Shown: one piece after another, positions 18,275 through 26,115 of the stretch | How positions within the stretch are numbered: the stretch's first letter is position 1 | Layout: the number at the start of each line of letters is the position of its first letter | NCBI GenBank assembly: GCA_016186955.1 | Contig: JACPKP010000003.1 | Span: forward strand, 258,290-322,289 | Length of the DNA: 64,000 bases | Direction of reading: 5' to 3' | Source of the DNA: Candidatus Daviesbacteria bacterium | GTDB taxonomy: Bacteria > Patescibacteriota > Microgenomatia > Daviesbacterales > UBA10151 | Program-made: the position numbers and the translations under genes | Notes under the pieces: model-generated | What the model saw: the letters and a program-made list of their open reading frames with translations, nothing else | Told to the model about the DNA's origin: nothing | The model's database searches: none

Positions 18275-18865
18275 ATGCGGTATTTCGTAACTGCTTTAAT
18301 CCTTGTATTTTTTGCAGCGCCTTTTTATCCTGCATATGCGGTTGATTCGACATCTTCAACAAAACCAAAACCCCCTAAACTTGCAAAACTGGAAAACAGG
18401 ATGGAGAATATTGCCTCGAAGGCCGCAATGTTAAAAGAAAAGCTCAAGGGTTTTAAAGACCAAAAAAAGGCTGCAATGGTTGAAAAAATAAATGATAACC
18501 TGGCTAAACTAAATAAAAACAGGACAGAGGCAATGGCAAAACACCTGGACAGGATGTCACAAATCCTGGCAAAAGTTGAGGACTATGTCAATAAACTGAC
18601 AGATAAAGATACCGCAGAGGCCAAAACAGCCATTGAAGATGCCAAAACAGCCATCAGTACTGCAAAATCAGCAGTTGATGCACAGAGCAAAAAGGATTAT
18701 ACAATAGAAGCATCCAGTGAAGCTACCATCAGACAGGATGCAAAGATTGCCAGGGATAACCTGCACAAGGATTTACAAGAGACCAGAAAACTGGTTATTG
18801 CAGCGAAAAAAGCAGTTGCAGATGCCATTAAAGTAACAGCCACAACTGTGAGAGGAAATAAATAA
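18275..18865 (+). CDS. secreted coiled-coil hypothetical protein
   Basis: N-terminal signal peptide ALILVFFAAPFYPAYA; K/A/E-rich helical repeats. Confidence 0.45.
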   Translation: MRYFVTALILVFFAAPFYPAYAVDSTSSTKPKPPKLAKLENRMENIASKAAMLKEKLKGFKDQKKAAMVEKINDNLAKLNKNRTEAMAKHLDRMSQILAKVEDYVNKLTDKDTAEAKTAIEDAKTAISTAKSAVDAQSKKDYTIEASSEATIRQDAKIARDNLHKDLQETRKLVIAAKKAVADAIKVTATTVRGNK

Positions 18866-19206
18866 TGGAAGAAAAAACCGCCACTGCTGCCGCAGCTCTC
18901 GAACCCCAACAAACAGTCCAAACCCCTGTTGTGGAAGCGGTGAATGCATCGGTATCAGCACAATCCGCAGGTAACAAAGGCGGGTCAGGCATGAAAATTG
19001 TATTAATTGTGCTGTTTTTAGCTCTGATAGCAGGGGCGGGGGGCTATTTATATTTTAATATGCAAAACAGCGCAGTCAATAAAGAGTCACAAAAACAGGT
19101 TGAAGACCAGACAATGACTGCGCTGGAAAATGAGGTAAACGGTGTTGATACAGGCAGTGATACTGAAGGATTTTCAGCCATAGACCAGGATCTTCAGAGC
19201 CTTTAA
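18865..19206 (+). CDS. hypothetical membrane-anchored protein (113 aa)
   Basis: single TM MKIVLIVLFLALIAGAGGYLYF. Confidence 0.4.
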   Translation: MEEKTATAAAALEPQQTVQTPVVEAVNASVSAQSAGNKGGSGMKIVLIVLFLALIAGAGGYLYFNMQNSAVNKESQKQVEDQTMTALENEVNGVDTGSDTEGFSAIDQDLQSL

Positions 19207-19241
19207 GCTATCCGGTAGCTTCTTCAGATTAAAATGCTGAC

Positions 19242-20423
19242 ATGAGAAACATTTTTTTGCTAACAGTCATTCTAATTGTAATTTCAGGAGGGATTTTTTT
19301 CGCCTTTAAAAAGATTGGGGATATAAGGCCTGCTATTTTGCCTCCGGCTATAAAGACTGATAATACCCCTTCATCAAATTACCAAACAGGTGACAGCGTC
19401 AGTTTTTCAATTAGCTTGCCATCGGGTTTTGAAGCCAGGATTTTTGCAAAAAATTTAAACCAAGCCAGGGATTTGGAGTTTAGTGATGGCGGGACGCTTC
19501 TGGTATCAGACCTTTCAGGCCAAATTTATGCACTGCCTGATCGTGATAAAAATGGTCGGGCAGATCAGACAGTCACGCTTCTTTCAGGGTTAAACCATCC
19601 CCACGGTTTAGCATTTTATAAGAGTAAGCTTTATATAGCAGAAGAAACCAGGCTTGCAAGATATAACTTTGATGAAGAAAATTTAAAGGCTAATCTGGAA
19701 AAAGTATTATTTAAAATCCCCGGAGGAGGCAGACATTTTACCAGGTCTATCGTGATAGATGACTCCGGTAAGCTATACCTTTCGATAGGTTCAACATGTG
19801 ATGTTTGTAACGAGAAAAATCCTTGGTATGGCAGTATCATTGCTTCCGATACAGAGGGAAACAACCCGCATGTATTTACAACTGGTTTAAGGAATTCAGT
19901 TTTTTTGACTTTACACAATGATCAAGTTTGGGCAACCGAGATGGGTAGGGATTTTTTAGGCGATAATGCGCCACCCGATGAAATAAATATTATCTCAGCA
20001 GGGGACAATTATGGTTGGCCCAAATGTTTTGGAAATAAAATACACGATAATAGTTTTGACAAAAATGTTTATGTGCGTAACCCTTGTGATGATACTAAAG
20101 CGCCGGTTTTTGAAATCCCGGCCCATTCAGCGCCATTGGGGCTCACTTTCATCAAATCTGAACAGTTTCCCAAAGATTGGCAGGGGGATCTGATTGTTGC
20201 TTACCATGGATCATGGAATAAGTCAACGCCGACAGGTTATAAAGTAGTGCATATGAAAGTGGAAGGTGATAAAATTTTAAGCGCAGAAGATTTTATAACA
20301 GGATTTTTGCAAGGTTCACAGGCTGCAGGCAGGCCGGTTGATTTAATTTTTGACAAAGGCGGAAGTTTATATATCTCTGATGACAAATCCGGCACAATAT
20401 ACAAAATTACCCGTCAGGAATAG
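19242..20423 (+). CDS. PQQ-dependent soluble sugar dehydrogenase-like beta-propeller (sorbosone/glucose dehydrogenase family)
   Basis: signal anchor; GLNHPHGLAF, RHFTRSIVIDDSGKLY, TGLRNS, GWPKCFG motifs of SGDH family. Confidence 0.7.
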   Translation: MRNIFLLTVILIVISGGIFFAFKKIGDIRPAILPPAIKTDNTPSSNYQTGDSVSFSISLPSGFEARIFAKNLNQARDLEFSDGGTLLVSDLSGQIYALPDRDKNGRADQTVTLLSGLNHPHGLAFYKSKLYIAEETRLARYNFDEENLKANLEKVLFKIPGGGRHFTRSIVIDDSGKLYLSIGSTCDVCNEKNPWYGSIIASDTEGNNPHVFTTGLRNSVFLTLHNDQVWATEMGRDFLGDNAPPDEINIISAGDNYGWPKCFGNKIHDNSFDKNVYVRNPCDDTKAPVFEIPAHSAPLGLTFIKSEQFPKDWQGDLIVAYHGSWNKSTPTGYKVVHMKVEGDKILSAEDFITGFLQGSQAAGRPVDLIFDKGGSLYISDDKSGTIYKITRQE

Positions 20424-20431
20424 AGTATTAA

Positions 20432-21013
20432 TTATCTTCTGGCAGCTAAAACTTCCCGCACACGCCTATCCCTGTTTGGGTCTTCTTTGTCAAGATCCTC
20501 TGTGACTGTGATCATATGTACCAACAACCTGGCTAGTGTAAAATTAGGAGCCATACCGTCTTCCAACAGTTGTTGTGAAGCCACAGTGTGTTTGGCAGAC
20601 CTGAGCTCATCTTGTTCCATCATTTCATCAGGTGATTGAGGACCTCTCATTAGCCTTTCTTTAGAGCGTATTTTCTTAAGTTCAGTAAAATAGCCGTTAA
20701 GCTTGAAATTAAAATCTTGTGAAAAAAATACCGGGTCATATTTAAAGGGATTTTGCCTAAAGTATTGCCAGAATAAATCTTTAACCTCGTCTGTTCTCAG
20801 GTAAGCATTTGTTGCATCTTGTGTGTCTTCTTCATCAAGATTAGGGTTTCTTAAGCGGACCTGTTCAAGACGCTCTGCTTTTTTTTGTAAGAACTCAGAG
20901 GATCCTAAGAAACCGGAAAAATATTGCCTTGGGTTTAAAGGCCTTGGTTCCGCAACTTCCCGCTGTGATTTTTGTTCAACTGATTCTGTCATATCTTCTC
21001 CTGCAACCGACAT
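20432..21013 (-). CDS. hypothetical protein (193 aa)
   Basis: ORF only. Confidence 0.4.
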   Translation of the reverse strand: MSVAGEDMTESVEQKSQREVAEPRPLNPRQYFSGFLGSSEFLQKKAERLEQVRLRNPNLDEEDTQDATNAYLRTDEVKDLFWQYFRQNPFKYDPVFFSQDFNFKLNGYFTELKKIRSKERLMRGPQSPDEMMEQDELRSAKHTVASQQLLEDGMAPNFTLARLLVHMITVTEDLDKEDPNRDRRVREVLAARR

Positions 21014-21080
21014 CGTATTATCCTATAATTATAGCACTTAAAATGATTAAAAGCAAATTAATGGTATAATCTAACTTAAC

Positions 21081-21512
21081 ATGGCTGATGCTGGAATAAA
21101 AGGGGTTGTTGCGGAAGCCCCGAAAAATTTGTTTGGAGCAAGCAAAGACCTTGCCAAAGATACAGTTGGAGAGATGATAGAGGAGGGTAAACAACAAGTG
21201 CAAGGTTATCCCGGGGCGCAGACACCACAGCAGCAACAGCAAAAACAACAACAGGAACAGCTTGAACAGCAGAAAAAAGCAAAAGAGGTGGGAAGAATTA
21301 AGCAATTTTTTGCAACTATCAAACAGGACCAGGAGAGGTTGGCTCAGGAAAAAGAATTTTTTGAGAAAGAAGAAGAGCAAAAAGAGATTAAAGAAGAACA
21401 AAAAGTAAAACAGCTTGAGGTAGTTAAGAAAAATGAAAGGGAAGAAAAAGAGCAGATAGCGGTCCAAAGGAAAAGGGCCAAAGTAGAGAACAAAGGGGTA
21501 GGCGGAGGTTAG
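21081..21512 (+). CDS. low-complexity Q/E/K-rich hypothetical protein
   Basis: co-directional with cysS; antisense ORF 21018-21467 (F/L-rich) judged artefact. Confidence 0.35.
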   Translation: MADAGIKGVVAEAPKNLFGASKDLAKDTVGEMIEEGKQQVQGYPGAQTPQQQQQKQQQEQLEQQKKAKEVGRIKQFFATIKQDQERLAQEKEFFEKEEEQKEIKEEQKVKQLEVVKKNEREEKEQIAVQRKRAKVENKGVGGG

Positions 21513-21515
21513 CTC

Positions 21516-22448
21516 ATGTTAAAACTATTTAACTCACTTTCGCGCAAAATTGAGGAGTTTGTTCCGCTTAATCCCCCAAAAGTTGGCGTATATGCCTGCG
21601 GGCCCACTGTTTATGACTTCGCCCATATCGGAAACTTAAGGAGTTTTGTAATGTATGATATTTTGCGCAGGGTTCTGGAAGCAGATGGGTATGAAGTAAC
21701 TTTTGTAGAAAACATCACGGATATTGATGACAAAATTATTAAAAAAGCCAAAGAAAAAAACCTGGATATGGCAGAATTTACAAAGCAGTATACGGAATAT
21801 TTCTTGGAAGACTTAAACAAACTAAATATAAAACTTCCTGATGTCCAGCCCAAAGCGACTGAGCATATCAGCCTGATGGTTAAATATATAGAGGTTTTAC
21901 TAGACAAAGGGTTGGCTTATGCCGAAAAAGACGGGTCGGTATATTTTGACATCTCAAAATTTCCGGATTATGGAAAATTATCCGGGGTTGAAAAACGCGA
22001 GCTTAAAACAGGGACCAGGGTGCTTTCGGATGAATACACAAAAGAAAATATCCAGGATTTTGCACTATGGAAAGGAGTTGAGGCGGATGAGTTTGGTTGG
22101 GACAGCCCCTGGGGAAAAGGCAGGCCGGGCTGGCATATCGAATGTTCGGTGATGAGCCAAAAGTATTTGGGTGATACCCTGGACATCCATGCAGGAGGAA
22201 TAGATTTGATGTTTCCCCATCATGAAAACGAAATTGCCCAATCAGAGGGAAAAACAGGCAAACTATTTGCCAAATTTTTTGTTCATGGCGAACATCTTTT
22301 GGTTGATGCCCAAAAGATGAGTAAATCCTTAAATAATTTTTATACATTAAAGGACATTGAGGAGAAAGGCCTGCCTGCCCTGCCCTGCCGGCAGGCGGGC
22401 GGCAGGCAGGGTTTTGATGCCTTGGCTTACCGCTTCGTGAAATGGTGA
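21516..22448 (+). CDS. cysS: cysteine--tRNA ligase, N-terminal catalytic part (gene apparently interrupted by frameshift near 22440)
   Basis: HIGN (HIGH) and KMSKS class I motifs; stops after GC-rich palindromic insertion. Confidence 0.85.
   Translation: MLKLFNSLSRKIEEFVPLNPPKVGVYACGPTVYDFAHIGNLRSFVMYDILRRVLEADGYEVTFVENITDIDDKIIKKAKEKNLDMAEFTKQYTEYFLEDLNKLNIKLPDVQPKATEHISLMVKYIEVLLDKGLAYAEKDGSVYFDISKFPDYGKLSGVEKRELKTGTRVLSDEYTKENIQDFALWKGVEADEFGWDSPWGKGRPGWHIECSVMSQKYLGDTLDIHAGGIDLMFPHHENEIAQSEGKTGKLFAKFFVHGEHLLVDAQKMSKSLNNFYTLKDIEEKGLPALPCRQAGGRQGFDALAYRFVKW
22370..22410. repeat. GC-rich palindromic element inside cysS
   Basis: cctgcctgccctgccctgccggcaggcgggcggcaggcagg; same family as 40205-40244; coordinates +/-1. 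Confidence 0.85.
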
Positions 22449-22807
22449 GGGATTGGGAGAAGCCAAAAATTGGCTGCGCCCAGTATGAAGAAGATTTTTT
22501 TAAAGCGCTGGACAACGACTTAAACACACCTCAAGCCTTGGCTGTTATGTGGTATTTAATCAAATCCGATTACCCTACTTCCGCAAAGGCAGAAAGCCTG
22601 CTCAAGATGGACAAAGTTTTGGGGCTTGGGCTTGATAAATATTTGGGTAAACAAATTGATGTACCCGGTCAAGTACAGAAATTGGTTGATGAAAGGGAAC
22701 AGGCTAGAAAAGACCGCGATTTTGAAAAATCCGACCAGCTTAGAAAAAGAATAAAAGATATGGGATTTGAGATAGAGGATACACCTGAAGGTCCAAAAAT
22801 CAGATGA
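22442..22807 (+). CDS. cysS: cysteine--tRNA ligase, C-terminal part in different frame
   Basis: DNDLNTPQALAVMW matches CysS anticodon-binding helix motif; overlaps 5' ORF by 7 nt. Confidence 0.75.
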   Translation: MVRDWEKPKIGCAQYEEDFFKALDNDLNTPQALAVMWYLIKSDYPTSAKAESLLKMDKVLGLGLDKYLGKQIDVPGQVQKLVDEREQARKDRDFEKSDQLRKRIKDMGFEIEDTPEGPKIR

Positions 22808-22895
22808 GCCTCTACAGACTCCGCTTCGCTTCGCCCGTAGTTTCTCTTCCTGCTCGCCTTCGGCGAGATTCGCCTGTCGGCGAAGCAAACTTTAT

Positions 22896-22922
22896 CCACG
22901 GATTAGCATCCGTGGTTTTTCG
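22896..22922 (+). terminator. rho-independent terminator after cysS
   Basis: ccacggattagcatccgtgg + TTTTT. Confidence 0.6.
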
Positions 22923-22947
22923 TTTGAAAGAATAACCCTACGCACGC

Positions 22948-22970
22948 AAGGCGTCCCCTTTTGAGGCTAA
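22948..22970. repeat. 23-bp direct repeat copy 1 (with left and right extensions 22934-22981)
   Basis: aaggcgtccccttttgaggctaa; right extension encodes C-terminus IEDG-stop of transposase. Confidence 0.85.
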
Positions 22971-23647
22971 CCATCCTCAATTATGATATTTTGTATTTCC
23001 AATAGATCATCACTTTTTTCAACAAAAGCCTTGTACGATAGGGTAGGGTTTGTTTTTGAGAAATATGCCAATACCTCTTGTGGTTTGACCCAATCTGTTT
23101 TTCTTATTTCTAAGTACTCGGGGTAAGAAGACGGTTGCCCCTGCAAGGCGTCCCCTTTTGAGGCTAAAGCCTGTTTATGGATGTATTTGGACAGGTAAAC
23201 GAATTGTTGGTCAGTAACAACATTAACAGCTTTGTATACATCTTGATATAATCCGCCTACTCGTTTGTATTTACGGTTAAAATACATAGTGTATCTAGTG
23301 CAAAGGGAATTCATGAATTTGTCAATGGATTGTGCACTTCTTTGTTTGATCAAGAAATGGAAATGGTTCGGCATCAAACAATACGCCAATAAATTAATCT
23401 CGTCAGCAAAATTATTTAAACGGAGTAATTGTAAAATTTTTGCCCGTTCCTTATAAGAAATATTGGGATCAGACAATTTTTTCTTTAAATCAGTTTCGTT
23501 TTTGGGAAGCAAGTATTCCTTTAGATAATACAAAAAAACACCATAGTCTTGTTGGTCTGAAAAGATTAATCTTTTTTCAACTCCACGATTATAAATATGG
23601 TAATAACTATTTTCTAAGTATTGTTTATTTGAATTACGTGAAGGCAC
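22967..23647 (-). CDS. REP-associated tyrosine transposase (RAYT) / IS200-family Y1 HUH transposase
   Basis: YHIYNRG N-terminus, HUH motif LMPNHFHFLI, GGLYQ and KYIHKQ tyrosine motifs; 226 aa. Confidence 0.75.
   Translation of the reverse strand: MPSRNSNKQYLENSYYHIYNRGVEKRLIFSDQQDYGVFLYYLKEYLLPKNETDLKKKLSDPNISYKERAKILQLLRLNNFADEINLLAYCLMPNHFHFLIKQRSAQSIDKFMNSLCTRYTMYFNRKYKRVGGLYQDVYKAVNVVTDQQFVYLSKYIHKQALASKGDALQGQPSSYPEYLEIRKTDWVKPQEVLAYFSKTNPTLSYKAFVEKSDDLLEIQNIIIEDG
23145..23167. repeat. 23-bp repeat copy 2, in-frame inside transposase ORF
   Basis: encodes LASKGDAL on minus strand. Confidence 0.85.
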
Positions 23648-23696
23648 GTTGTGTTAATAGCATACTTAATTTTAAATTGCAAGCTTCTACGATCAC

Positions 23697-23719
23697 AAGG
23701 CGTCCCCTTTTGAGGCTAA
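23697..23719. repeat. 23-bp repeat copy 3 (+ right extension to 23730)
   Basis: cacaaggcgtccccttttgaggctaaccatcctcaat. Confidence 0.85.
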
Positions 23720-23730
23720 CCATCCTCAAT

Positions 23731-23759
23731 TTGACACGGGGTAACTATTATGGGATAAT
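23731..23759 (+). promoter_or_regulatory. sigma70-like promoter TTGACA-N17-GATAAT for exonuclease gene
   Basis: -35 abuts the repeat right flank; -10 ends 6 nt before ATG 23766. Confidence 0.45.
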
Positions 23760-23765
23760 GTTAAA

Positions 23766-24413
23766 ATGAAGGAAGAGCAATCTTTAGCTGAAAAGCGGCA
23801 GTTAATTTACGACCGTGGCCGGGAAATAGTGATGAATGCCCCTCAGCTTTATGTAGACGTAGATGTTGAAGCTGATGGGATAGCAGGTTATGGATCAATG
23901 CTATCCATAGGCGCCCAAAGCCCTACAGGTGAAGCGTTCTATAGTGAAATTAAACCTTTATTTGAAGAATTCATTCCAGGTAACAGGAAATTTTGCGAAG
24001 ATCATAATTTATCTCATGAACGTTTATTATTAGAGGCTTCGGATTATCAGAGTGTTATGGGTAATTTTTACAAATGGATTGAAGGATTAAAAAAAGCGGA
24101 TATTGGAAAATCCGCTGTATTTACAGCATTTAATGCGGCGTATGATTGGGCTTTTATTGATTTATATTTTACAAAAGCCGGATTTGAAAATCCCTTTGGC
24201 ATCGCCCCTTTTGATTTAAAATCACTGGCTTTACCGTTGACAGGGAATTGGGATTGGAAAATGACCTCTAAAAGCAGGTTACCAAGCATTATTATACCGG
24301 ATGGGGATTTTACCCACCATGCTTTAGAAGATGCCCAATACCAACAAAAACTGCATTTTGGTATGGCAGGATTATTAGGAAAAAGAAACTATCTCGATAT
24401 CGCCCATTATTAA
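23766..24413 (+). CDS. DEDDh-family 3'-5' exonuclease (DnaQ/RNase T-like)
   Basis: Exo I YVDVDVEADG, Exo II FNAAYDWAFID, Exo III HHALEDAQ. Confidence 0.7.
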   Translation: MKEEQSLAEKRQLIYDRGREIVMNAPQLYVDVDVEADGIAGYGSMLSIGAQSPTGEAFYSEIKPLFEEFIPGNRKFCEDHNLSHERLLLEASDYQSVMGNFYKWIEGLKKADIGKSAVFTAFNAAYDWAFIDLYFTKAGFENPFGIAPFDLKSLALPLTGNWDWKMTSKSRLPSIIIPDGDFTHHALEDAQYQQKLHFGMAGLLGKRNYLDIAHY

Positions 24414-24425
24414 CCCTACGCACGT

Positions 24426-24448
24426 AAGGCGTCCCCTTTTGAGGCTAA
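24426..24448. repeat. 23-bp repeat copy 4 (+ left extension from 24412 overlapping exonuclease stop codon)
   Basis: aaccctacgcacgtaaggcgtccccttttgaggctaa. Confidence 0.85.
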
Positions 24449-24458
24449 AAAATAATGC

Positions 24459-24782
24459 TTGACAAAACGCATTAATTATAAGATCATACTAACCATGGCA
24501 GAATGTAAATTTGATTGTCCGAATATAGATAATTGTCCACAATTAAAAGGTCAATGCCCTGCTTTTCCTACTGATACAACTGAAAGTGCCCTAGATTGGT
24601 GTAACCAGGTAGTTTCAGGGCGGAAGCAAGTCACTGAGCAGGTGGTAAGGAGAGAAGAAGTTATCGGCAGAAACCCTTTATTCCATAGTTTTACTGACAG
24701 TAGGATAGTTGGCAGACATACCCGGAAAATTTTTTTGGACGGCGATGTGGATGATTTGGAGCCTGACGATTATTTGAAATGA
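24459..24782 (+). CDS. Cys-rich small hypothetical protein (107 aa)
   Basis: ORF only. Confidence 0.3.
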   Translation: MTKRINYKIILTMAECKFDCPNIDNCPQLKGQCPAFPTDTTESALDWCNQVVSGRKQVTEQVVRREEVIGRNPLFHSFTDSRIVGRHTRKIFLDGDVDDLEPDDYLK

Positions 24783-24840
24783 GCTTCTTCAAATTCTAAT
24801 TACCTTGTTTGATTTTGGGTAATCTGTTAACATATCCTTC

Positions 24841-26115
24841 ATGTATCAGTTGGTAACCTTCAAAAACGGCCTGACGCTTATCACCATTGATCTTCCTCAC
24901 CTTGATTCTGTCACAACGCTGGTGGCAGTGGGGGCAGGCTCCAGGTACGAAACTAAAAACATTAATGGTATCTCCCATTTTCTGGAACACATGTTTTTTA
25001 AGGGTTCGCGAAAGTATCCTACTGCAGAGCAAATTGCAACCATAGTTGACGGGATGGGTGCGGTAAACAATGCTGCAACCGGCAAGGAATACACATTTTA
25101 TTGGATCAAATCCTCAGCCAAACATCTGGAAGTTGCCATGGATATCCTGTCCTCCCAGCTTAAGGAGTCGTTGCTTTTGGAGGAAGAGATAGAGAAAGAA
25201 AAAGGGGTGATTGCTGAGGAATTGAGGATGTACAGGGATAATCCTACCCGTTATATATGGGACCTTTATGAAAATTTACAGTTTGGTGACACGCCTTTGG
25301 GTTGGGATATCGGAGGAAAGGAAAAGATTATTCAAAAATTCGGCAGGCCGGATTTTGTAAAATATCTTGATTCTTTATACTCCCCCCAAAACATGGTGTT
25401 GGTTTTAGCCGGGAAACTGCCTCAAGATGTTAAAAAATTAGCGGAAAACTTCTTTTTGGATCTGCCAAATAGATCGGATTATGATTTTGTGCCATTTAAA
25501 AAATTAAAACAGCACAAACCCAAAATCAATGTTTTTTATAAAAAAACTGACCAGGCCAACCTGGTACTTGGTGTTGAGGGTTATGACAGATATGATGCGG
25601 AAAGGTATGCAGCCAGGGTTTTGGGTGTGATTTTGGGAGAAGGTATGTCTTCCAGGTTGTTTATTCAGGTTCGTGAGAAACGCGGATTGGCTTATCATGT
25701 CAGCGCAGGTTTTGACCCCTATAAAGACACCGGCGCTTTTACAGTCTATGCAGGATTAAAGCTGGAAAAAGTTGAGGAAGGCCTAGAGGTGATTATTGCA
25801 GAGCTTTTAAGAATTATTAAAGAAAAAGTTACAGAAGATGAGTTAAAAAAAGCAAAAGAGATGATCAGGGGAAGGTTGGCGATCAGGGCGGAGTCAACAA
25901 ACTTTTTAGCGGAATATTTTGGTACTAACTTTATTTTGGATCGTAAAATAGAGGAATTTGGGGACTTGCAAAAAAGGATTGATGGTGTTAGTCTCGAAGA
26001 TGTAAGGCTTGTTGCGGGCGAACTTTTCAAAGAAGAAAAGTTTAACTTACAGGTTATCGGCCCGTTTAAAAACAGCAAGTCTTTTGAGCGGATTCTGGTT
26101 GGAGGACCCCGATGA
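24841..26115 (+). CDS. M16-family zinc peptidase (insulinase-like)
   Basis: inverted zincin motif HFLEHMFFKGS, downstream E. Confidence 0.85.
   Translation: MYQLVTFKNGLTLITIDLPHLDSVTTLVAVGAGSRYETKNINGISHFLEHMFFKGSRKYPTAEQIATIVDGMGAVNNAATGKEYTFYWIKSSAKHLEVAMDILSSQLKESLLLEEEIEKEKGVIAEELRMYRDNPTRYIWDLYENLQFGDTPLGWDIGGKEKIIQKFGRPDFVKYLDSLYSPQNMVLVLAGKLPQDVKKLAENFFLDLPNRSDYDFVPFKKLKQHKPKINVFYKKTDQANLVLGVEGYDRYDAERYAARVLGVILGEGMSSRLFIQVREKRGLAYHVSAGFDPYKDTGAFTVYAGLKLEKVEEGLEVIIAELLRIIKEKVTEDELKKAKEMIRGRLAIRAESTNFLAEYFGTNFILDRKIEEFGDLQKRIDGVSLEDVRLVAGELFKEEKFNLQVIGPFKNSKSFERILVGGPR

Larger units (their letters stand above)
22934..24448. mobile_element. RAYT/IS200-like Y1 transposase module with DEDDh exonuclease, bounded by 23-bp direct repeats
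   Basis: four copies of aaggcgtccccttttgaggctaa (22948, 23145, 23697, 24426) with shared flanks aaccctacgcacg and ccatcctcaat. Confidence 0.6.

Noticed and set aside
21018-21467. 149-aa F/L-rich minus-strand ORF
   Set aside because: Antisense of the low-complexity K/E/Q-rich gene; the plus-strand ORF is co-directional with and abuts cysS, so was preferred.
22003-22527. 174-aa minus-strand ORF inside cysS
   Set aside because: Antisense to a conserved synthetase; includes translation of the GC palindrome.
22934-24448. Regularly recurring 23-bp repeats considered as a CRISPR array
   Set aside because: Spacings of 175-700 bp contain full genes; no cas genes; repeats overlap coding sequence.
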